Shown piece by piece: positions 1-9,602 of a stretch of 53,928 bases of DNA. Within the stretch, counting starts at the first letter, position 1; each line of letters opens with the position of its first letter. The translations under genes and the position numbers were made by a program. Location: the IMG/VR virus record IMGVR_UViG_3300029309_000058, positions 1 through 53,928 of that record; one strand, 5' to 3'. The notes beneath the pieces were generated by a model. It ran no database searches and had not been told where the DNA came from. It saw only the letters and a program-made list of their open reading frames with translations. Source of the stretch: a virus (lineage: Duplodnaviria > Caudoviricetes).

Positions 1-703
1 CAGAGCCTAAACCTCCTGCATTTTATCAAAAAGACCCATCAGCAATTGGTTTTGAGCTGCGTAATTACCTTCAAGAACGAGAGATAATTATTAATCAAAC
101 TAACGCTAATATAAAATATCAAAACGAGTTAGCAGATTATTACAGACGTTTTGCTCAAATTATGAATACTGGCGGTACTGATTTAGCTCGTGCTAAAGAA
201 CTCAGTCAGCTTGCTACAAATGCAGAGATAGCAGCTACTGATACTCGTACTAAAGGTATGCTTGAAGCTAACAAAGCTGAGAATAAAATTTTATACCTAC
301 AAGGTATGCAAGCACTGTCAGACCTTACTAAAGGTAGTGTAGACAGAGCTGCTATGGTGTGGTCACAATATTCAGGACTAGATATCCGTATTAATCCACG
401 ATCTGATGGTAAGTATGATGTCACGATTGGTGGTAAACCATATAAAACTATGGATTCAAAAACTCTTAGCAACACGTTACAGCTAGCTTTTGACCAAGGA
501 TATAGAGGATCACAAGCTACGCTTAGAGGCGAACTAGCTATGCTAGACTATAAGAGCACTCTTGCTATTGTTGAACAACAGTATAAAGACAATGCCGCTA
601 ATTATAGAGAAAGACTCAAAGCACAGTTTGATCTACTAAAAGAAAAATATAAAGCAGACAACACCGTTAAAATACAACAGACTGGCGATGGCGGAATTGT
701 TAT
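1..703. repeat. Terminal overlap copy A (allelic to 53226-53928); indicates a circular or terminally redundant genome
   Basis: First 40 nt and last ~95 nt are identical to the window end; same length with no indel; central part diverged. Confidence 0.95.
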
Positions 704-836
704 TACCAAAGGTAAAGATACATTTATATTGCAGGAGCAAAAGTTTACCGACATCAATGGCAAAGATTCATATAGATTTATAGAACAAAAAGTTACGTCA
801 GTAGATGGAACAGGCACTAATTCGTATAAGAGGTAA
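1..836 (+). CDS. C-terminal part of the SLT-containing internal virion protein (continues from 51575 across the junction)
   Basis: Frame is open from nt 3 (EPKPPAFYQKDP...) to the stop at 834-836 and matches the frame of 51575-53928; ATG 162 is internal. Confidence 0.85.
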   Translation, partial: EPKPPAFYQKDPSAIGFELRNYLQEREIIINQTNANIKYQNELADYYRRFAQIMNTGGTDLARAKELSQLATNAEIAATDTRTKGMLEANKAENKILYLQGMQALSDLTKGSVDRAAMVWSQYSGLDIRINPRSDGKYDVTIGGKPYKTMDSKTLSNTLQLAFDQGYRGSQATLRGELAMLDYKSTLAIVEQQYKDNAANYRERLKAQFDLLKEKYKADNTVKIQQTGDGGIVITKGKDTFILQEQKFTDINGKDSYRFIEQKVTSVDGTGTNSYKR

Positions 837-842
837 GAAAAC

Positions 843-3800
843 ATGGCTCCAAAAAAAGCAGGGCTAAAAGCATTTGACAGCTCATTTTATGACGCTACAT
901 CTGCGCCCGGAGCTGGTAATCCTTTCGAGCCTGTCGTTATGGGGTCAGGACTCCAAGGATTAAAAGCAGGACTTGCTGATCAACTCGTACAACAACAAGA
1001 ACTAGACAAACAACTAGAGGGTGCTTTACTGGGTGGATTTGATAAACCACCTGAGACTGGGCCACTTGTGTTGTTTAACCCATCGACAAACGAGATGTTT
1101 GTTAATGGTGCATTGTATAATGCTGATGACAAACAATCAGCACTAGATGCAGAATCCAGAGGATATCTAGACCGACCTAGGGCTAAACAGCCTGATGGTG
1201 ATTGGCAGTTTGTATCTCCTGATTCTTACAAAACATTTATGAATAATATTGAAGACCCTAGTTTGGGTACTTTGTTTGCAAGAAACTTTGAGATTGGTAC
1301 AGATAACTTAAAACTTCTTGCTGGTAGAGGTGCTCAGTTTCTTGGGTTTGAAGATTATGGTCAAGAGTTAGTAGATAATGCAGTCAAAGAGTTATACTAC
1401 AACCAACCATTTCAAAGAGAGTTTAAGAGTGAAGATGGTGAATATTTTAAAGGTGGTGCTATTGACTGGTTCGTTGCTAACTTTGCACAACAAGGGCCAA
1501 ACTTAATAGAGTCTATTGCATTTGCTTTGGCTGGTGCAGGTGCAGGTGCAGTCGCAGGTGGTGGTGCTAACCCATTTACAGCAACTGGTGGTGCTATATA
1601 TGCACTACTAGGTAAAGACTCAGTAAAACTAGCGGTAGCATCAGCTGCTAAAAAATACATGAAAGGTCAAGCTCTTTCCAAAGGTGAGAAAAAACTTCTT
1701 CGTGAGTTTTCAGGTCTAACCGCTGCAGCAAAAATTAAAAACCCAAATGCTTTTATAGTCACCCCCGGTGGCACAGCTATGACAGGACAAGAGTTTCTCA
1801 AGCGTTTAGGTAAACAAAAATTTGAAGACTCTGTAGGTGTAGGCGCACTAAAAGCAGGTAAGATAGGTAAAGGACAAGCTGTAGCAGGCGGTGCGTTTGG
1901 CGGATCAGTTATTAGTTCTTATGCTATGGGTGTTGCTGATATCTATGGCGAAGTAAGAGATACAGGCGTAGGTGATAGAGGTACAGCAGCAGGATTGGCT
2001 ATACCATATGCAGCTATGGAAGTAATACCAGAATTTTTCTTGGCAAGCCGTATTTTTGGGCTTGGGCCAAATGTTCTAAAATCAGGTGGTGTTGCTAAAC
2101 GAGTAGGTAAAGGTGTCGGAGTCGGTGGTACACTTGAAGGTCTTACAGAACTTGGTCAAGAATCTTTACTCTTATATGGTACAGATCAATCGTTTGGCGA
2201 TGAAGAAACTACTAGACGACTAATCAACTCTTTTGCAGCAGGCTTTGCTATTGGTGGCCCACTAGGTGGTGGCGCTAATTTACTCAAAGCAGGCGAACCA
2301 ACTAACATACTTAATAAAGATAATCCACAAGCGGATCAAAAATTACTACCTGCTCCTCCCCTTGACGGCGAAATCGTAGGCTCTGAGACTCCTCCACAGG
2401 GTCAGTTGCCGGGTGCAGGCGGTGCTGCGGCTCTCCCTGCTCCTACCCCAGCGGTTACTAGAGTGTCTGGGCCTCCTGATTTTGTTGCAGGTGCACAAGG
2501 TATTAGGGCGGGAGAGCCGTTAGATACAGTAGTTCAGACAAACCAACAGGTTATTCCGGGTCAAGCTGAAGGTCAGCAAGGGATTATGTTCCCACCTGAA
2601 CAAACAACTGCGGCTGAACTAAATAGATTATCAGAACCTCAACAGACAGCTGGTGAAGCATTGGCTGCAGCACAGCAAGCTAACGCACAACCACAGCCTA
2701 CACAAGCTGAGCTAGAAGCAGCAGGACAACTAACGCTACCAACTCCTGATGTAGCACAAACAACACAAGACTTGGCTACCCCGGCAGCACAAGAGACAGC
2801 CATAGGACAACAACTTCTACAGGCTGCTAACACAAGAATCCAAGAGCAACAGAATCAACTTGCTGAGCAACAAAGACTTAGAGCAGAAGAAGCTGAACGA
2901 GCACAAAGACAGCAAGAGTTTGATTTAGCTGAACAGCAAAGACTAAATGAGCAAGTGGCTCAGTTAGAAAATGCTAGGGTAGAACAGATATTAAAAGAAA
3001 ACGAAAGGCTTACTCAAGAAGTTGAGGAGCGTAAAGCTCGTGAGCAAGCACAAATTGCTGTGCCACAGAGAACACCTACACAACTAAGTTTGCCGGGAAT
3101 GGCTGCACCTAAACGTAAGTTCAGTGCAAGACGAGAGGCATTACGAAGAGGTCAAGCGGCTGTTGCTGCAGAGCCTACTATTGCTGAGCTAGAACAAGAA
3201 GGGCAGATGAGATTACCATTTCCTGAAGCTCCTGCTCCTGAGATAACACCACTGGTTAATCAGATGGTAGCTAATAATATACCTATGGAAAACATCCAAG
3301 AGTTTATAGATGACTTTCAAGTTGCTATAGATAATAACGATTTGGCAGAACAAGATAATATTATTGCAGAGATGGAAGGTATTATAGAAAGTTTTGATAG
3401 ACCTCGTAGAAGACTATCAGCAGGGCCAGTAGTAGAAGAAACAGGTCAACCTATAACAGGAGCAATGCTTACAGGGCAAGCACCTATCGAAAGAGTAGGT
3501 AGAGGTACAGAACGAGTTGATCCTGAAACAGGGGAGACTTTTATTTCATACCCATCATTACCAACACCACAAAGGAGGACAGATGCCGTTCAAGTCGGAA
3601 GCACAGAAGAAGTGGCTGTACGCCAACAAACCGAATCTGGCAGCGCAGTTCGAGGAAGAGACACCCAAGGGGGCCAAGTTGCCGACCAGAGTAGGGGTCA
3701 AGAGCGCCTCAGAAAAGCGTCAGTACGCCAGACAACAGCGAATCAACAAGAAGAACAACGAGCGCTTCGGGAAGCTCGCCAAGAAACTCGTCAAAAACAA

Positions 3801-6800
3801 GCTCAGGAATCAGACTCTCGTATAAGCCCAGTTTATATTGATGTTACAGGTCAAACACCTATAGAAGCATGGAACAACCTAGCACCTGCTGGTACTGTAC
3901 CACTAGATAGATTACCTCAACAAGCTAAAGAACAGTGGAGTCAGTTAGTAGCTGGTAATGCTGTAAATGGTGATATTGCACAACAAATTGTTGATGATAA
4001 CTACTACAACCTAAAGCTAACAGCACAAGAAGAACTCAATGAGTTCAAAGCTAAGTTTGACACAACTACTGATTTTACCAAGCATGGTGAAGCATGGTCA
4101 TATGCACACCAGCTCATGGCTTTTGCATTCTTTGAAGTTGACTCAAACCTTACTAAACAAGGTATTCAAGCTAGTGCTATTGAGTATCTAAATAAAACTG
4201 AATTTACACCACAGCAACGTAAAGCATTACATGATGCGTTTGTAACTCAAGCTAACGCACAGCCACTAGAAGGTACATTTACTAGAGGTTTTAACAAAGG
4301 TAAGAACAAACCTTGGTTAGAGTATGCTACTAAAAACCATCTACTTGCTGAAGTTCAAGTGGCTCTTACTAATATGCCAGCGTGGTATACATCACCACAG
4401 CAAGAAGCTATTAACCAAGCTATCTCACAAGAAACTCAAGGTGAGGTGCTAGGACAAGATACTGCTGATAGGGTACTTAATGCTCTACGAAGACAACAAG
4501 CTGCTGGAGATAAGATTGACTTTGATGCTTTTAGAAAAGCATATGAAACAGCTCTGGGTAAAAAAGGTAGAAAAGTTGCTGCTGAAAAAACAGCACAGAT
4601 ACAGCTAGAAAACTCTAGGCTGTTAGAAGATATACTTACCTCACACCTAGAAAGATATGAGTTTAAATCATTCAGTGGTTATAATCCTGTAGTTGAGCTT
4701 ACATCTGACAGGGCTTCTGTAGAACAACGAACTCAAGAGGGCGGCACATCTACTGGTAGTAGAGAGCTTAACCGTATCCAAACTATTTTTGCTAACTCAG
4801 ATAGAAATTATTTGATGGCTAATGGTTATTCACTTAGAGATTTCTTTGATGCTAGGGGTAATCTAAAAACTAAAAGATTATATAATGGTCGTATTGTACC
4901 TGACCCAACGCCTGAAACACAGACCGAAAGAAGGTCACAAGAGGCAGAAGGTCAGCGTCTACTCAAGAAAGGTAAACGTACTCAGCGTGAAAACGCAAGA
5001 GTAAACAGGCTACAACCTACCGCTGAAATTATGCGGGAAATGGATTCTAAAGCTGAAGATGGTAATTTCCGTAGGGCAGATGGTAAGCCTACAGAACCTT
5101 TGGGTAGAGGTGAGATAGACCTTGTTATTAAACAAGTCCTTAAAAAACTAAAAGTAAAACCAACTGTTACTGTTGTAGCTAACGTACAAGAACTGGCTAG
5201 AACCAATCCCGAACTATATAATCGTGCCAAAGCAGGTAGACCACTTGGTGACTTTGATACAGTAGAAGCTGTTGGTTATTCTGTTGGTGATCAAGTTATT
5301 ATTTTTAGTGACTATGCACGAACTAAAGAACAGATCAGATTGACTGTTGCTCACGAAGCATTAGGTCACTTTGGTTTTCGTGCGTTCATGCCTCGTAACA
5401 GACTAGATTTTATATTCCGTGAAATATACAAAACGGATGGTCATGTCAGAGCTGCAGCTGATATTATACGAAGAGCTAATCCTAAGATAGATTTACTAGA
5501 AGCTGTTGAAGAAGTGCTTGCTGAACGAGCTGCTGCACTTGATGTCAGCATGATAGCTCGACTTAAAAATGTAATTAAATCTGTACTTGAGGTTATAGGT
5601 CTAGGTGGTTTTGTAGAAGGCGATCCTGATCTTACCCGGTACTTCCTAAATCAATCTCGTAAGAACTTACGCTCAGGTGGCAGAGGTGTTGTAGGCGCGC
5701 AACAGTTAGCTCTTAACCTAAAAGACCTACAATCAGAAAGTGAGTATGGTCGATTCCAAATAGAAGATATACGAGCTGACCACGCTACTAACTTTTTTCA
5801 AGCTGATGCTTTCAATCGTAGATCAGGAAAGTATGGTGGGTTTGATAGTGTAGCTGAGCTAGTAAAAAATCTTCCAAGGGGTAAAGGCAAAGCAGTAAGC
5901 CGAATGTTTGCTGAGATGTCTGAAGCATTACAGACCTTAGATAATAAAGCCCAACGTAGTGAGGGTTTGTCAGACATATTTAAAATTTTCCAGAATCAAT
6001 CTGGTAAAACAAGACGAGCAATGTCTGAGTATGAAAGACTTACAGCGTTTACACATACACCAGATTGGATGGGGCTTAGTAGTAAAGGGCCAACTAAACT
6101 TGAGCTTGAGCAGGCAGGAGAGATGCTTGCTTATGGTGCGTTACTTAAAGCAAACCAAAACACAGACCAGATTATAAAAGATTTAGATAACCTTATGCAG
6201 GGTATGGATTCAGGCGATCCACAAATAAATGAAGCTGTTCGTCAACGACTAGAAGAAATGGGTACAGTATCCAGAGAAGAGTTTGAACGAGGGTTTACTG
6301 TTACAAACTCTATGCAACAAGATGTATTCAAGAATTTTACTGTCACTGATAACACATGGCGTATTTACTCTGAAAACAGAGCAGCTGTAAATCAAGCTGC
6401 CATTGATGTTCTTATGGCTAATATGGATGCAGTCAAAGGACAAAGAGAACAGGCACTAGAAAACTTTTCAAACTTTGTAGGAGAAGGTGGTGCAATACCA
6501 AGTGAGGCAGACGTTGCTGTATTTAGAAGAGTTATAGAAGAATACTCTAGTCTATACCAAGAGAATGCTACGTTAGATGGGCCTATTGATGATTCAATAC
6601 AGAAAGCTAATAGGTTCTTAGCTGCTGTCAACAGAGCTATGTGGGAAGATAAAAAGATAGATGACTGGTTTGGTAGAAGTACAGACGCCAATGGTAATCC
6701 AACATTTGATAACACTGCAGAGTTTCAGACTGATAGGTATAGAGATATCATTGATGCTTTACCAAGGTTGAGAGCTTTACAATTTAACAAAGATACTTCT

Positions 6801-9383
6801 TTCGATGTAACTAATGCTATTCAAAACTTGTTCTTGTTAGATACAAGGGCTATTAATGCTGACTTTTCTGCAAGACGTACTCTTGTAACAGGGTATGTAC
6901 CATTTACCAGACGAGGTAAGTGGCAAGTTCGTATGCAGGCATATGACGCAAGCACAGGTCAAGCTGTTGAGTTAGAAGAAACATACGCTGGTTCTATACC
7001 ATTTTTCCAGACTGCAGCTGAACAAGATGCAAAAGATATAGCTGTCAAACTGCAAGATATGGTAGCAGAGAGTAATAACCCTATAACTTATCAAATGAGA
7101 GATAAGTCTGGGCAAACTAGAAACATACAGTTTAGAGCACAAGTATCAGAAGCTAGACAGTCACAACCACTTACTAACTCTATGAATCTTACAGAGTTTA
7201 TGAGTGTGGTTCAGCGTTTAGATATTGGTCTTACACCTCAAGAACGACAACGTATTATTACAGCTCTAACTGGTGTTCAGTCTACTGCAAGAAAAAGTTT
7301 GCAGAGGTCAGGTAACGTAGGTTGGGATAAAGATGTTATCAGAAGTGTTGCAGAACACTTAGAAACACAAGCTCATGTAGCAGGTAAGATTACTTACTCA
7401 TGGCAGCTAAACGATATTATGGCAAGCAACAGTAAGTTTAGAGGTGATCCTGAAAAACTACAGAGACTAGAAGAAGCTACAACACGAGGCACAGAAGCAC
7501 AAAGAGAAACAGCTAGAAAAGCATATGATGCTTACGCATATCAGTATAGTCATATGGCTGATCAAAATGCTCCTGTTCAAGCTAAAGATAGAAATGGTAA
7601 CGCTATACCAAACGAAGGTCGTGGTGAAGCGTACAGAGAAGAAGCTAAAAAATTACTGCAGTTCTATGCAGATGCAGCAAATATTCAAGATTCAACAGAA
7701 GACATTCTATCTGGTGAGATTGGTTCTAGGTTTAAACTATATGCTGTACTACTACAACTTGGTGGTTCTATTGCTACTGCTGCAGTAAACATGATGTCTA
7801 TGGTTACTCACGCTATACCTTATCTTGGTAGTTATAATCCAAACAGAGGTTATGGTGGTGGTTTTGGTTTAGCTAAATCTGCAGGTGCTATGGGTAGAGC
7901 AGTTTATAATGCTGGTAACTTTAGGTTATCTAACTATGACTACATGGTTCGGGTTGCTAATCCAACGCGAGACCCAGCGCTACAAGCAGAAGCTACTAGA
8001 CTACAACAACAGCACGGTTTAACTCCTGATGAAGCTGACGCTATGCTAGATGCTACAGCCGCAGGTGTGTTGCAGGCTGCACAATTTAATGCGCTTGTTG
8101 GTACATCACGAGGCGGAAGAAGTAGTAATAACTATAATGGTTTAATTAAAACATGGATGTCTGCGTTTTCTTACACAGAACAACTTAACAGACGTACCAC
8201 TTTCTTAGCTGCTTATAGAATGGAACGAGAAAGAATACTAGCATCCAACCGATTTGGAACTAATATCTCTAACCTTCCGGAAGCCGAAGCTGCTGAAGTA
8301 GCGCTTCAATCTCAAGAGTTTGCTACGAAAGCAGTGAATACATCACAGGGTGAATACGCTATGTATAACAGACCCGAGATGGCTAGAGGTAACTTCCTAC
8401 AATATATCTTCATGTATAAACAGTTTGTGATTGTTAGCGTACAGTTGATGAAAGGTATGGATAAGAAGGGCAGAATAGCTATGTTGACTATGCTGTTCTT
8501 GATGGCAGGTATGAAAGGACTACCATTTGCTGACGACTTGATGGACTTGATTGATACTCTTGCTCAGAAGTTTGGTATCAAGATGAAAAGCGTAGAGGAA
8601 GAAACTGCACGGCTTGTTGATGCTTTTATCCCCGGCGCTTCGCCGTACTTCATGCGAGGATTTCTTGACCAGTGGACAGGAGCAACAATATCTACAAGAC
8701 TTGGCTTTGGTGATTTGATTCCATTGTCGGGTGCTTTCAAAGCAAAGAGTCATGCTGGAGAGTATTGGAGAGAAGCAGAGAACTTCTTTGGGCCAGTGTA
8801 CTCTGGAATGGCAGGGTTGTTTGGCACAGGAGCACAACTTCTCAGGTATGGTGCAGAGACTGTGGGCCTGAAAGATGGAACAACACGATTCGCAGATATA
8901 CTTAGAGATGCACCATCTTCTGCTGTAAGAGGTTTGGTTGATGGTATGACTTATCTACACGATGGAAAGATTACTAGAGCAGATGGTACAGTCTTGGATA
9001 ATGATGTAGGTGTTATGACTTCTGTATTTAGAATGATGGGTTTCTATCCATATCAAGTTATGGTGCAGAACGATATCATTAGAATGACAAAGCAGACTCA
9101 AGCCTATGTTCAAGACATGAAGGCTCACTACAAGCAAGCCTATATTAAAGCTAAACTAGAAGGTGACAGAGATGAGGTTCGTAGAATCTTAAACTTTGTA
9201 AAAGAATATAACAGAGATACCAAAGGTACAGAGTTCTACTTTAAAGACTTTGTTGGCTCTGCAAATAAATCATTGAAGTCTGCTAAGAAGAATAGTGTGA
9301 ACAGATATAGGAAGTTTGCACCAACTACGATACGCCCAACCATCAATGAATTGCTAGATATCTATGGAGTAGAGGCAAATTAG
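843..9383 (+). CDS. Giant (2846 aa) internal virion / DNA-ejection polyvalent-type protein
   Basis: Last of the ejection cluster; Gly/Ala hydrophobic N-region, Q/E/P linker, HEALGH metallopeptidase-like motif, YVPFTRRG (PLxRFG-like) motif. Confidence 0.7.
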   Translation: MAPKKAGLKAFDSSFYDATSAPGAGNPFEPVVMGSGLQGLKAGLADQLVQQQELDKQLEGALLGGFDKPPETGPLVLFNPSTNEMFVNGALYNADDKQSALDAESRGYLDRPRAKQPDGDWQFVSPDSYKTFMNNIEDPSLGTLFARNFEIGTDNLKLLAGRGAQFLGFEDYGQELVDNAVKELYYNQPFQREFKSEDGEYFKGGAIDWFVANFAQQGPNLIESIAFALAGAGAGAVAGGGANPFTATGGAIYALLGKDSVKLAVASAAKKYMKGQALSKGEKKLLREFSGLTAAAKIKNPNAFIVTPGGTAMTGQEFLKRLGKQKFEDSVGVGALKAGKIGKGQAVAGGAFGGSVISSYAMGVADIYGEVRDTGVGDRGTAAGLAIPYAAMEVIPEFFLASRIFGLGPNVLKSGGVAKRVGKGVGVGGTLEGLTELGQESLLLYGTDQSFGDEETTRRLINSFAAGFAIGGPLGGGANLLKAGEPTNILNKDNPQADQKLLPAPPLDGEIVGSETPPQGQLPGAGGAAALPAPTPAVTRVSGPPDFVAGAQGIRAGEPLDTVVQTNQQVIPGQAEGQQGIMFPPEQTTAAELNRLSEPQQTAGEALAAAQQANAQPQPTQAELEAAGQLTLPTPDVAQTTQDLATPAAQETAIGQQLLQAANTRIQEQQNQLAEQQRLRAEEAERAQRQQEFDLAEQQRLNEQVAQLENARVEQILKENERLTQEVEERKAREQAQIAVPQRTPTQLSLPGMAAPKRKFSARREALRRGQAAVAAEPTIAELEQEGQMRLPFPEAPAPEITPLVNQMVANNIPMENIQEFIDDFQVAIDNNDLAEQDNIIAEMEGIIESFDRPRRRLSAGPVVEETGQPITGAMLTGQAPIERVGRGTERVDPETGETFISYPSLPTPQRRTDAVQVGSTEEVAVRQQTESGSAVRGRDTQGGQVADQSRGQERLRKASVRQTTANQQEEQRALREARQETRQKQAQESDSRISPVYIDVTGQTPIEAWNNLAPAGTVPLDRLPQQAKEQWSQLVAGNAVNGDIAQQIVDDNYYNLKLTAQEELNEFKAKFDTTTDFTKHGEAWSYAHQLMAFAFFEVDSNLTKQGIQASAIEYLNKTEFTPQQRKALHDAFVTQANAQPLEGTFTRGFNKGKNKPWLEYATKNHLLAEVQVALTNMPAWYTSPQQEAINQAISQETQGEVLGQDTADRVLNALRRQQAAGDKIDFDAFRKAYETALGKKGRKVAAEKTAQIQLENSRLLEDILTSHLERYEFKSFSGYNPVVELTSDRASVEQRTQEGGTSTGSRELNRIQTIFANSDRNYLMANGYSLRDFFDARGNLKTKRLYNGRIVPDPTPETQTERRSQEAEGQRLLKKGKRTQRENARVNRLQPTAEIMREMDSKAEDGNFRRADGKPTEPLGRGEIDLVIKQVLKKLKVKPTVTVVANVQELARTNPELYNRAKAGRPLGDFDTVEAVGYSVGDQVIIFSDYARTKEQIRLTVAHEALGHFGFRAFMPRNRLDFIFREIYKTDGHVRAAADIIRRANPKIDLLEAVEEVLAERAAALDVSMIARLKNVIKSVLEVIGLGGFVEGDPDLTRYFLNQSRKNLRSGGRGVVGAQQLALNLKDLQSESEYGRFQIEDIRADHATNFFQADAFNRRSGKYGGFDSVAELVKNLPRGKGKAVSRMFAEMSEALQTLDNKAQRSEGLSDIFKIFQNQSGKTRRAMSEYERLTAFTHTPDWMGLSSKGPTKLELEQAGEMLAYGALLKANQNTDQIIKDLDNLMQGMDSGDPQINEAVRQRLEEMGTVSREEFERGFTVTNSMQQDVFKNFTVTDNTWRIYSENRAAVNQAAIDVLMANMDAVKGQREQALENFSNFVGEGGAIPSEADVAVFRRVIEEYSSLYQENATLDGPIDDSIQKANRFLAAVNRAMWEDKKIDDWFGRSTDANGNPTFDNTAEFQTDRYRDIIDALPRLRALQFNKDTSFDVTNAIQNLFLLDTRAINADFSARRTLVTGYVPFTRRGKWQVRMQAYDASTGQAVELEETYAGSIPFFQTAAEQDAKDIAVKLQDMVAESNNPITYQMRDKSGQTRNIQFRAQVSEARQSQPLTNSMNLTEFMSVVQRLDIGLTPQERQRIITALTGVQSTARKSLQRSGNVGWDKDVIRSVAEHLETQAHVAGKITYSWQLNDIMASNSKFRGDPEKLQRLEEATTRGTEAQRETARKAYDAYAYQYSHMADQNAPVQAKDRNGNAIPNEGRGEAYREEAKKLLQFYADAANIQDSTEDILSGEIGSRFKLYAVLLQLGGSIATAAVNMMSMVTHAIPYLGSYNPNRGYGGGFGLAKSAGAMGRAVYNAGNFRLSNYDYMVRVANPTRDPALQAEATRLQQQHGLTPDEADAMLDATAAGVLQAAQFNALVGTSRGGRSSNNYNGLIKTWMSAFSYTEQLNRRTTFLAAYRMERERILASNRFGTNISNLPEAEAAEVALQSQEFATKAVNTSQGEYAMYNRPEMARGNFLQYIFMYKQFVIVSVQLMKGMDKKGRIAMLTMLFLMAGMKGLPFADDLMDLIDTLAQKFGIKMKSVEEETARLVDAFIPGASPYFMRGFLDQWTGATISTRLGFGDLIPLSGAFKAKSHAGEYWREAENFFGPVYSGMAGLFGTGAQLLRYGAETVGLKDGTTRFADILRDAPSSAVRGLVDGMTYLHDGKITRADGTVLDNDVGVMTSVFRMMGFYPYQVMVQNDIIRMTKQTQAYVQDMKAHYKQAYIKAKLEGDRDEVRRILNFVKEYNRDTKGTEFYFKDFVGSANKSLKSAKKNSVNRYRKFAPTTIRPTINELLDIYGVEAN
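3583..3825 (+). CDS. Nested 80-aa basic protein in the +1 frame of the giant gene (MPFKSEAQKKWLYANKP...)
   Basis: AGGAGG at 3573-3578 just before ATG; N-terminus resembles a small basic phage protein family recalled from memory. Confidence 0.7.
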   Translation: MPFKSEAQKKWLYANKPNLAAQFEEETPKGAKLPTRVGVKSASEKRQYARQQRINKKNNERFGKLAKKLVKNKLRNQTLV

Positions 9384-9395
9384 GGGGGTACTAAA

Positions 9396-9602
9396 CTACC
9401 TAGAAGGGTCGTTTCGCCTCTGTACGGGCTTCTCAGAGGCTTGTTTTTTCAGATACTCCTGTCTTTTCTGCCAAATTCGCTCTGCGCTAAACAATTTCTT
9501 GTTTATACGCTCTATGGTTTTAGGGTGTGCAAACTTGTATGGCGGAGTATCCAACCTAAGATAAAGGTATCTACCATTAGGTAATCTTATTTTATCAAAC
9601 GT
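9396..9602 (-). pseudogene. 68-codon frame beginning ACG, overlapping the primase stop (start-lost or non-AUG gene)
   Basis: Open frame (T)FDKIRLPNGRYLYL... fills the whole gap; no ATG at its start. Confidence 0.35.
9416..9449 (+). terminator. Intrinsic terminator ending the late block
   Basis: GCCTCTG/CAGAGGC stem followed by TTGTTTTTT at the convergence point. Confidence 0.6.

Noticed and set aside
41-300. Diverged terminal copies as a DGR template/variable repeat pair
   Set aside because: Differences are not adenine-specific, no reverse transcriptase is present, and the copies sit exactly at the contig ends
2345-2520. GC-rich stretch with several CCTCC motifs (cuckoo- or CsrB-like RNA)
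   Set aside because: Explained by Pro-Pro/Ala-Pro codons in a linker; no convincing promoter or terminator
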